Source: Candidatus Bathyarchaeota archaeon (GTDB taxonomy: Archaea > Thermoproteota > Bathyarchaeia > Bathyarchaeales > Bathycorpusculaceae). From it: 64,000 nt of DNA. Of this stretch, positions 19,133 to 27,170 are shown in pieces. Numbering within the stretch: the stretch's first letter is position 1; each line of letters opens with the position of its first letter. Under the pieces are notes generated by a model, which searched no databases, had not been told where the DNA came from, and saw only the letters and a list, made by a program, of their open reading frames with translations. Position numbers and translations under genes: made by a program. Where the stretch lies: the NCBI GenBank assembly GCA_963775685.1, contig CAVZJV010000014.1:1984001-2048000 (forward strand), written 5' to 3'.

Positions 19133-20035
19133 TTGAAATTCGGCACATTCCTCTATCAACCCGAGCCTGTTGAAGGCGTCGATTACAATTTCTACCGTTT
19201 AAAATCTGAATCAGGAATCGTCGGAAAACCTAACCCAGAAATGTACACTAACATCGCATGTTTTGGTGACAATTACATGGCAGCAAAACGCCCCGATTGG
19301 AATTCTGTAAGCTCATGGGGCCCTGCGCTGCGTACCAACAAGCGCTACAATCTCCGCTGGGATGTCGTATGCATGACTAACCCAGAAGCTAGAGAATACA
19401 ACTTGAAAATCATCGCTGAATCAGCCAAAGTCACTCCGGGTATCAGCATTAGCAGCCAGCATTTTGCTGACCAGCATTTTTGCACCTGCCCACGGTGCAT
19501 TGAACAACAACGTAAAAGCGGTTTAAAGTGGCTTGATTGGCGAGCAAAAGTTGTAACTGATTTCCTCGCTGAAGTTAAAGAAATAGTCTCCGGCAAGCCA
19601 CTTTTTGTCAACCTCTTGCCTGACCCCTTACTGGGCAGAGAACGCTTCGGCTACGACTTTGAAGCCATGGCACAATATGCTGACTACTTCGTCATCCCAA
19701 TGTTCAGCAAATCCTACCCGACACCATGGTACTGGGAAACCATTGCAAGAGGCTTCAAGAGCATCCTAAAGAAACCAATGTTCGTTAACTTCTACGTTCG
19801 CGGTCCAAACGAAACATGGGACACCGTCGCACCGACAAAACAAGTCATGACTGTAGCTACACGTGTTGCTAGACAAGGTGTAGACGGCATAGTCTTTCTC
19901 GCAGAGAAAGCCGATTACATTAGGGAATTCCAGAAGAACGCAGTTGCGGACAAAGAAACACGCGAGTTCCTCAAAGGTCACAACGGCGACGAGGTCTTAG
20001 AGCTTTTCAATCGTTGGGAAAAACTCTACAAATAG
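19133..20035 (+). CDS. Hypothetical TIM-barrel / glycoside-hydrolase-like protein with CxCxxC (paralogue of 16851..17735)
   Basis: VVCMTNP, HFADQHFCTCPRC, WLDWRAKVVTDFL, PDPLLGRERFGYDF, DYFVIP. Confidence 0.65.
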   Translation: MKFGTFLYQPEPVEGVDYNFYRLKSESGIVGKPNPEMYTNIACFGDNYMAAKRPDWNSVSSWGPALRTNKRYNLRWDVVCMTNPEAREYNLKIIAESAKVTPGISISSQHFADQHFCTCPRCIEQQRKSGLKWLDWRAKVVTDFLAEVKEIVSGKPLFVNLLPDPLLGRERFGYDFEAMAQYADYFVIPMFSKSYPTPWYWETIARGFKSILKKPMFVNFYVRGPNETWDTVAPTKQVMTVATRVARQGVDGIVFLAEKADYIREFQKNAVADKETREFLKGHNGDEVLELFNRWEKLYK

Positions 20036-20070
20036 TTTCCCCTTCTTCTTTTAGCTTTTTATTTTTTGCC
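20036..20070 (+). terminator. Archaeal-type T-rich terminator
   Basis: Pyrimidine/T run (tttcccttcttcttttagctttttattttttg) immediately after the stop of 19133..20035. Confidence 0.45.
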
Positions 20071-20149
20071 TATAACTTTAAGTTAAGGTTATCCCAATTC
20101 TATCCATTGTAACCGGCCATTTTACCAAAATTCTGACTTACCATAAAGG

Positions 20150-20416
20150 TTGGAAGGAAAACGAATGAAGACAATAAAGTGTTGGAAAAGGTTAAGCCAT
20201 GAGTGCGGTTACCTAAACGATACTACAGGGCAAACTGTAGTTGTTTTGAAGAAAGAATACAGCAAAAACTACCACGTAGTATTGTTCGAGTGTGGACAAA
20301 ACCAAAAAGATGACGGCAGAACAATTTCCCCTGAATATTCCACAAAGACTAAAGCCGACGCATTTGCCGATGGTTGGATGCTAAAACACCCAAATGGCAT
20401 GGAATCACCCGCTTAG
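20150..20416 (+). CDS. Hypothetical protein
   Basis: 88-aa ORF with protein-like composition, isolated in an intergenic-rich region. Confidence 0.6.
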   Translation: MEGKRMKTIKCWKRLSHECGYLNDTTGQTVVVLKKEYSKNYHVVLFECGQNQKDDGRTISPEYSTKTKADAFADGWMLKHPNGMESPA

Positions 20417-20703
20417 ATTATCCGAATGTTAAACCAGCGTTAATGGCTTGAATTAATCATTAAGCTTGCATTCTTTCTTTTTAAACAGTCTTTGTTAAGA
20501 TATACTCAAAAACTGCCCTAATAAAGGACAAAAGCCTGAAGGCATTTCCTGTAGTTAATATTATCTTATCCATAATATACTTAAAAAGAATCATAAAATG
20601 AGTTGGTTTTGGCCCAAGCGCGAAGAAACTCTTCAATTAATCTGCTGGATGGCAATAAAATAAGAGAAATAAAACTTGTTAATGGATTTATTATAGGAAA
20701 AAA

Positions 20704-20862
20704 TTAGGCAGCAGCCTTAATTTGGGCATCTATTTTTCTCTGGCGTTTTTGCAGCAACTTTCGTTTGTTTGCTTTAGGGTTTGGTTTTACTCTGTAAACT
20801 TTGCCGTGAGTGTTTGTGTAGTATTTTTTTCCTTTGGACTTTAGTTTGGTCTTTTTATTCAA
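20704..20862 (-). CDS. Small highly basic protein (52 aa), missed by the ORF track
   Basis: TTG start preceded by AAGGAGGGA; MNKKTKLKSKGKKYYTNTHGKVYRVKPNPKANKRKLLQKRQRKIDAQIKAAA*. Confidence 0.7.
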   Translation of the reverse strand: MNKKTKLKSKGKKYYTNTHGKVYRVKPNPKANKRKLLQKRQRKIDAQIKAAA

Positions 20863-21088
20863 GCGTATAGTCCCTCCTTGGCTAATCAGTTGGGTTTTGT
20901 GCTATTACAATACGGCATGGCTATTTGAGTGTGCCTATAAAGGTAATTGCTTAAGGCTTATCCGTTTGGTTTTACCAATTCTTTCTGGTAAAAGTGTTAT
21001 GCCTTTATTAGTCTGGTGAACGTATATTTATTGAGCTTGTGAAAGATCAGTTTTTGCAAGAATTATCAATGGGAAGGGTTATTCTAGA

Positions 21089-21223
21089 ATGTATACTTAC
21101 GAAAAATTTATTCAAGAAAAATTTAAGTGCCGAATTTGTTCTTCAAGTTTCCAGACTCCTGACGAGCTACGAAATCACCGGATGGTGGTCCACAAAGGAC
21201 ACATGCTTGCAGGTAAACGCTAA
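21089..21223 (+). CDS. Small C2H2 zinc-finger protein (44 aa), missed by the ORF track
   Basis: MYTYEKFIQEKFKCRICSSSFQTPDELRNHRMVVHKGHMLAGKR* matches F-x-C-x2-C-x3-F-x5-L-x2-H-x4-H. Confidence 0.82.
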   Translation: MYTYEKFIQEKFKCRICSSSFQTPDELRNHRMVVHKGHMLAGKR

Positions 21224-21460
21224 CAATGGCCAAAGCAAAATAAATCATTTGAACTGATTACAAAACAACATATTTAGCCACAAAAAACATTTACGCGGTT
21301 AACATTTTACCAAACATTCGAGTAAAAGCAAAAAACTAATCAACAAGCCTTCTTTAGTCAAAGAAGGAAGGCAATCCTAGACTACAACCAGCTGCTAATT
21401 TGTTTTCGATATGTGTGTTTTCTCCATCAACTTCTGATTTTTGGATTTTAGGTTTGATTT

Positions 21461-21474
21461 AGAAAACTATATAA
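21461..21474 (+). promoter_or_regulatory. Putative BRE/TATA promoter of B12-radical SAM #1
   Basis: agaaaac-tatataa about 45 nt upstream of the start at 21518. Confidence 0.5.
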
Positions 21475-21517
21475 TCTCTCTTCGCCTACAACCCCTCACA
21501 TTAAAGGGCGAACACAA

Positions 21518-22900
21518 TTGAAGGTTACTCTAATCAATCCACCTTATCCGCCAAGTGTCCATTCTCACCCACCCTTTATACCGCTTGGCTTAGCATATTT
21601 AGGCGCAATTGCCGAACAAAAAGGACACCAAGTCAACATAATCGATTGCCAAGCCGAGAAACTAACCGACGAAACATTCCGCAACCGCATCGCACAAACC
21701 TCATCCGACGTAATTGGAGTAACTGCGACAACCTTGCTCTACAAGTCAGCTATGAAGTTAATCAATATAGCTAAACAGGTAAAACCCCACGCAGTCACCA
21801 TTCTTGGTGGTTCGCATGGAACTTTCTGGGATGAAAACGCCCTAAACGAATATCCAAGCTTAGATATGGTTGTACGAAGAGAAGGCGAAATGACCTTCAT
21901 CGAACTTCTTGAAAAATTTGAATCTAAAACCAGCCTAAACGGAGTTTTGGGTATCACTTACCGAAACGAAGACAAGATCGTCCGCAACCCCGACAGGCCT
22001 TTCATAGAAGACTTAGACTCGCTGCCATTCCCAGCCCATCACCTGTTGCCGCTTGAGAACCTAAAACATAACGGCAAAATCCTGTTCCCCTTAATCAGTA
22101 GCCGAGGTTGCGTTTTTTGGTGCGACTTTTGTAGCACTGTACGCATGTTCGGCAGAGGATACCGTTGGAGAAGCCCCAAAAACGTCGTTGACGAAATGCA
22201 ACTCATCCATGACAAATATGGTATTGACCAAGTTACTTTCTACGATGACGCTTTCACCGTTGACCGAAACCGAGTGATAAAAATCTGCGAAGAACTGCAC
22301 ACGAGAAAACTGATCATGAAATGGGATTGTGGTACCCGTGTGGACATGGTGGATCGAGAACTACTCCAAACAATGCGTGATGCAGGGTGCATCGCGGTTT
22401 GGCTAGGTGTCGAATCAGGTTCAGAAGTTATTCTTGGTGCGATGAACAAAAAAATCAAGCTCGAACAAACACGTTTGGCCTACAAAACAGCCCATGACGT
22501 AGGATTAATGACGATCGCTAACGTAGTCTTGGGTTTTCCAGGAGAAACTGAACAGACCGCCAAAGCGACCATACGCTTCGTTAAACAACTAAACCCCGAA
22601 GACGTCGGCTTCTATGTCGCTACACCCTACCCAGGCACCCCAATGTATGAGGAAGTTAAGAAGAACGGTTGGCTCCGAGTTACAGACTTTGACAAGTATG
22701 ACACAGCTGGACCAACATTTGAAACTCCCCAGTTAAGTATGGAGAAACTCGCTGAAATCCGTAGCAAAGCTTACCAGCAATTCTACCTTCGACCAGGATA
22801 CGTGATTCATATGATGCGTCTGGGTGGAGTTTATGGAAAAGCAGCGGTAAAAACTTCAGGAGCTTACCTGCTGAGGGCTCTCCACCTGAAGTACTGGTAG
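21518..22900 (+). CDS. Cobalamin-binding radical SAM protein #1 (subgroup A)
   Basis: N-terminal B12-binding domain (LINPP, PLGLAYL, GGSH, EGE); SSRGCVFWCDFC; GVESG; TPYPGT. Confidence 0.92.
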   Translation: MKVTLINPPYPPSVHSHPPFIPLGLAYLGAIAEQKGHQVNIIDCQAEKLTDETFRNRIAQTSSDVIGVTATTLLYKSAMKLINIAKQVKPHAVTILGGSHGTFWDENALNEYPSLDMVVRREGEMTFIELLEKFESKTSLNGVLGITYRNEDKIVRNPDRPFIEDLDSLPFPAHHLLPLENLKHNGKILFPLISSRGCVFWCDFCSTVRMFGRGYRWRSPKNVVDEMQLIHDKYGIDQVTFYDDAFTVDRNRVIKICEELHTRKLIMKWDCGTRVDMVDRELLQTMRDAGCIAVWLGVESGSEVILGAMNKKIKLEQTRLAYKTAHDVGLMTIANVVLGFPGETEQTAKATIRFVKQLNPEDVGFYVATPYPGTPMYEEVKKNGWLRVTDFDKYDTAGPTFETPQLSMEKLAEIRSKAYQQFYLRPGYVIHMMRLGGVYGKAAVKTSGAYLLRALHLKYW

Positions 22901-23254
22901 TATACTTCTTTTTCTTAAGAACCCAGCCGCTGCGAAAATCATCACCAATACGCTAAGCGAGATTGTAATTGAAGTAAAATTGATCCCAATGGGTGATAAC
23001 CCTAAGAATAAGCCGTCAAGCCCATCTAAACCAAAACTTAAGGCAACTGACAGTACAATTTCTTCAACGAAGTCAAGCCTGTTTTTACCCAAAAACAATA
23101 AGTTAACGAGGCAATAACCAGGCAGAAAAGCAACAAAAACAAAAGCGAAAAAATAACGCGGAATCATAAAGGCAAGTTCAGAGTTGTTTGGGATAAAATA
23201 AGTAACTATTAACGTTAAAACTGTGAAGGCGACAATTGTTTCAAACCATTTCAT
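22856..23254 (-). CDS. DUF1616-like small membrane protein
   Basis: Four TM helices; FLPGY.L..LLF, E.IVLSVALS. Confidence 0.7.
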   Translation of the reverse strand: MKWFETIVAFTVLTLIVTYFIPNNSELAFMIPRYFFAFVFVAFLPGYCLVNLLFLGKNRLDFVEEIVLSVALSFGLDGLDGLFLGLSPIGINFTSITISLSVLVMIFAAAGFLRKRSILPVLQVESPQQVSS

Positions 23255-23313
23255 TGGTTTCAGTTTTTAACCTTCAAAAATCTAAAAAAAATAAAAAATA
23301 AAGGGAAGAAAGT

Positions 23314-24225
23314 TTACATGAACATCTTGTAGATTGGATGAGCCTCTTCGAGGGGTCTTGTTCCAAGGTCAGCTGCTGCCGATGCGATATATGTGTCTGT
23401 CACTGCGACTGCTGGGAATACCCATTCAGCTTGTTCTGCTGGACCGATCATAAGCCAGTTTGCGCCAGCCATTTGCATGATTGAGTTTGTTGAGGTTCTG
23501 CAGCCAGGGCGGAATTCTTTAGCGACGTTTGCTTTGACCCATCCCATGGTGGTGACAACGTTTCCGCTGCCTAAGCCCGTTGGATGACCATACTTCTCTT
23601 TCATGACAGGAATAGTTCTGACGGCTGTGCCCATGTCTGGTTCGAACGCGGGGATGGCTGTGTCGATGAGTGGTTTTGTGATGCCGCCTTTCTCTGCTAA
23701 TGCGAGCGCTTCAACTATGACCTTCATTTTGCCTTCCATGGTTGTGTCTTTAGGGTCATCAGCAAGCACTATGGACATTTTAATGCCGCTGTCTTTTAGA
23801 TTTGCAAGTTCTACGTCAGTAACGCCTTTGTAGACTGAATTGTAAAGACATCTATCTGCAAGACCCATCTTTTTAGCTAAGGTTGCTGCTCCCATACGGG
23901 TCTTTGGACTCATTGCATCGAGCATGAGTGGTGCATCAGTGTGTTTTGGTACGAAGTCGATGTATTTTTCGAATGCGGCTTCTGTTGTGCCCACGATGTC
24001 GAGAGCAAATTTGACACCAGTTATGTCGCTTTGGGTCTGGCATGTGTTAATGATTTGCTCGGCTGCTTTAGCATCAAAAATTCCTTTATTTGCATCGGTA
24101 ACCATTTTTTGGCCTAACCAAAAGATGGAGCCGATCAAAAAGGTTGGTAGTTCTCCCGGTTGACCGCCTATTTTTGCTCCAGCGAGATCATATATTTTTT
24201 GTTCGGTATTGAACTTAAAGGACAT
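23314..24225 (-). CDS. mtrH: MtrH/MtgA-like methylcorrinoid:tetrahydropterin methyltransferase
   Basis: FKFNTEQK, KIGGQPGELPT.LIGSIF, LYNS, PLIDTA, G.PTG.G..N, GANW.M.GP. Stand-alone: no other mtr subunits nearby. Confidence 0.88.
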   Translation of the reverse strand: MSFKFNTEQKIYDLAGAKIGGQPGELPTFLIGSIFWLGQKMVTDANKGIFDAKAAEQIINTCQTQSDITGVKFALDIVGTTEAAFEKYIDFVPKHTDAPLMLDAMSPKTRMGAATLAKKMGLADRCLYNSVYKGVTDVELANLKDSGIKMSIVLADDPKDTTMEGKMKVIVEALALAEKGGITKPLIDTAIPAFEPDMGTAVRTIPVMKEKYGHPTGLGSGNVVTTMGWVKANVAKEFRPGCRTSTNSIMQMAGANWLMIGPAEQAEWVFPAVAVTDTYIASAAADLGTRPLEEAHPIYKMFM

Positions 24226-24245
24226 TTATTCCACATCGGATGGAT

Positions 24246-24671
24246 TTATTTCTTCAATGCTTTCTTTGCAAGCTCTGGAGCTTCTTCTTTGTTCTTGCCA
24301 AAGAGTGCGCCGATTGCATCAGCATCTTCTTTCTTGACTGCTGCGCCGCCCATAATTATTCCGACTTTGTCTTTTAATCCGGCTGCTTTGAGCAGTTCGT
24401 CGAGTTTTGCGATGTTGTTCTTTGCGGGAACTGTGTTAACTGAAATTGCAATCAAGTTTGCGTTGTTTTCTCTTGCCTTGTCAATGAAGACTTGAGGTGC
24501 AACGCTTTTTCCAACGTCGATAGTTTTGAATCCTGCGCGTTTTAGTGAGCGTCTGACTGCTTCTTTTGCTGTGTCGTGCATGTCTGGTTCGATGTTACCG
24601 ATTACGACTATGCCGATTGGATTTTCTGGTTCTGGTGGTTCTTTTTCCATCATAGATTTAAGCCAAGACAT
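24246..24671 (-). CDS. Corrinoid (B12-binding) protein, Rossmann domain only
   Basis: VIGNIEPDMHDTAK (DxH motif), IDVGKSV, IIMGGAAV; lacks the four-helix cap domain; co-oriented upstream of mtrH. Confidence 0.85.
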   Translation of the reverse strand: MSWLKSMMEKEPPEPENPIGIVVIGNIEPDMHDTAKEAVRRSLKRAGFKTIDVGKSVAPQVFIDKARENNANLIAISVNTVPAKNNIAKLDELLKAAGLKDKVGIIMGGAAVKKEDADAIGALFGKNKEEAPELAKKALKK

Positions 24672-24777
24672 TTAAACACCTTTTTTCCTTTTAGATACTC
24701 TGGGCTTTTTATACTCGAAATCCATATTTAACCTTTTACCAACAATTGCATAGTAAGCATATCAAGCGGGAAAGTAA

Positions 24778-27141
24778 ATGCTCAAAGCAAACAGAACATA
24801 TCTCTTATTGCTGATAATTTTTGCTTTCTCGTTCATTTACCGTATGCTTCTGATGCTTTGGAGTGGCTTTCCTTCAGGCGCCGATATTGGCTTGCACAAC
24901 AGTGTGATTTATTCCATCACTGGATCGGGGCATACAAATTTTCTGTACAATTCTTATCAGATGGGCGGTGGAATATCGCTTACATTTCCAGGATACCACA
25001 TTTTTGCTTCAAGTATAATTTTGATGACAGGTTTGCCCGAATATATTGCGCAGGCAGCTATTGTTTCTTTGTTCTCATCACTAATTGTTCTATGCGCTTT
25101 TCTAATAACTAAAAGCGTGTGGAATGAACCTGCTGCGTTCATCGTTACCTTCTTGGCGGCTATTTCACGATTTGACATAGAAATGCTCCTGTGGGGAGGC
25201 TATCCAAACGTGATAACGCTCCTAATGATTCCCATAACGTTTTATCTGTACCTGCAAAAAGACAGGTTTTCGGTCGCTCCTTTCTTGGTTTCAACCTCAA
25301 TCTTGGTAGGGTCGATATTTCTCACGCATTCGTTGAGTGCCGCCATCTTTGTCGGCGTAACATTGCTCACTGTTCTTCTCGTAATAGTTGCTCCAAAAAA
25401 GTTTGGAGCCTCAAGAAAAACAGGCATCTATTGGTTAATACCCTTGGTTGTGGGAGCCATCCTTGTTTCCCCTTTCCTTGTTAACGCTGTACCCACTTAC
25501 CTTCATGGAAACTCTTCAGCTCCGGGCGTTCAGGGAGTGGGCGATATCAATTCAGCGATACTTTCAACAAGGATACTTCCTTTAGAATGGGTTTTACCGC
25601 TGTTTCTGATAATCTTAGCTTTCGCCTTGTTCTCCAAAAGATACAATGGACGATTTTTTACCCTTCCAACACTACTTCTCTCCATGTGGCTCTTTGTTCC
25701 CCTATTTTTAACACAGGGCTACCTGTTTGGATTCATTATAGATTACAACCGATTTCTTTACTTCATTATTTTTCCGACAATAATTTTCATAGCGGTTTTG
25801 ATTAATCATGGTGCAGAGTTCTTTGCCGACATAGCCAAAACTTACCGTTCGTTTACAAGTCAAACGCAAAAAATACAAAAAGACATAAACAAAAGAGTTG
25901 TTTGGCTTTCAACTCACCTAACTAACAAGGCAGTCTACGGCGGTGTTCTTCTGTTTTTCCTCTTGTTTTCTTTCATAGCACTTCCCATCTTTATGACCCC
26001 CTCCCAAGGCATTGGTCAAACAATTCAAAGTTACTATCAAGTTATGAACGATCCAGGCTGGCAAGGAATTCAATGGGCTAAAAAGAGCACTCCTGCCAAC
26101 TCAGTGTTTGTTTCTGATGCCCTCTACGGCTGGTGGTTTGGCGGGTTTGCGCAAAGGCCAACCTTGAGTGCTGTTGATCCCCAGTACTTGACGAGTTCAC
26201 GTGAGTTGGCCTCTGCAAAGAATGTCAGTTATCTGCTTGACACCGATTACCTGATAGACAACGGGTATTTCCAGGTTCGTGAGGATGGCGGATACATTTC
26301 CAGGCATAACCCGGAGTTTTTGGCTCATATAAAAAACTATTATTTTCCTTATTCTTTCTTTAATTTCGACAACGACCAAACGATAATTTCAATAAAGATT
26401 GGTCAAGTTGGAGAACTCTACAATTTGTCAAGGGTTCCAGTTACAGACATGCATATTGAGGGCACAACAAACGCCGAGTCAATCATCATAACACATGGCA
26501 ACGATCGCTTTAACTTCACTCAAACGGTAACCATTTACGCAGCAACGAACTCCCCCACAACTAAAATGGTACAGTTTTTTGCCAACATTACTCAAAGCAT
26601 CCAAACAGACAATCCCACCGTTACTTTGGAAACATTGCAGTTGCGCTTACCAACCAAAGGCACTGTACCACCAATAATAGCAGGAGACTACTCATATATC
26701 GGGCTAGTTGACACCAGCATGAAAACTATTGGGCAACTAGTTTTTCCAAACCAACAATCACGACCCTACTACATTCTTACTCCCAAAGGGAGCCAATATT
26801 CACCTATCGACATCTATTACACCCTTAACACCAAAACTGATGAATTTAGCTTTTCTATGGGTGTCTACCAATACACTGACCAGCAGGCAGCTAACTTCAC
26901 CTTTGAAGAACTTATAGAACAAAATACCAAAACCTGCCTGACAGAAATGCAGACTTATGTTCCTCCGCTAAAAACAGAAACGCACTTTTACGTTTTCGAC
27001 TACCAAAAAGCCCTCGCCGACTGGAACATTTCCTACATTGCCCTGCGCGATTTTGAGCAGGTGCCCAAGTTTGCCAAAGACCCCGCCTTTAGCTTGGTAT
27101 TTATTAACAGCGAAGTCGCCATCTTTAAAGTCAAAGGGTAA
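24778..27141 (+). CDS. Multi-TM GT-C-fold-like (PMT/STT3-related) membrane protein #1
   Basis: About 12 TM helices, first-loop GADIGLH, WGGYPN, LTHSLS; large extracytoplasmic C-terminal domain (IQWAKKSTP...VSD). Confidence 0.6.
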   Translation: MLKANRTYLLLLIIFAFSFIYRMLLMLWSGFPSGADIGLHNSVIYSITGSGHTNFLYNSYQMGGGISLTFPGYHIFASSIILMTGLPEYIAQAAIVSLFSSLIVLCAFLITKSVWNEPAAFIVTFLAAISRFDIEMLLWGGYPNVITLLMIPITFYLYLQKDRFSVAPFLVSTSILVGSIFLTHSLSAAIFVGVTLLTVLLVIVAPKKFGASRKTGIYWLIPLVVGAILVSPFLVNAVPTYLHGNSSAPGVQGVGDINSAILSTRILPLEWVLPLFLIILAFALFSKRYNGRFFTLPTLLLSMWLFVPLFLTQGYLFGFIIDYNRFLYFIIFPTIIFIAVLINHGAEFFADIAKTYRSFTSQTQKIQKDINKRVVWLSTHLTNKAVYGGVLLFFLLFSFIALPIFMTPSQGIGQTIQSYYQVMNDPGWQGIQWAKKSTPANSVFVSDALYGWWFGGFAQRPTLSAVDPQYLTSSRELASAKNVSYLLDTDYLIDNGYFQVREDGGYISRHNPEFLAHIKNYYFPYSFFNFDNDQTIISIKIGQVGELYNLSRVPVTDMHIEGTTNAESIIITHGNDRFNFTQTVTIYAATNSPTTKMVQFFANITQSIQTDNPTVTLETLQLRLPTKGTVPPIIAGDYSYIGLVDTSMKTIGQLVFPNQQSRPYYILTPKGSQYSPIDIYYTLNTKTDEFSFSMGVYQYTDQQAANFTFEELIEQNTKTCLTEMQTYVPPLKTETHFYVFDYQKALADWNISYIALRDFEQVPKFAKDPAFSLVFINSEVAIFKVKG

Positions 27142-27170
27142 CCTCAATCAAGAAGGGTGAGCCTTTCGCC

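Noticed and set aside
21039-21257. 72-aa ORF in the track
   Set aside because: It is a shadow of the C2H2 zinc-finger ORF 21089..21223, which has a clear motif.
23314-24671. Evidence for methanogenesis or pyrrolysine use
   Set aside because: There are no mcr, mtrA-G or pyl genes and no in-frame TAG methyltransferase; stand-alone MtrH homologues occur in non-methanogens.
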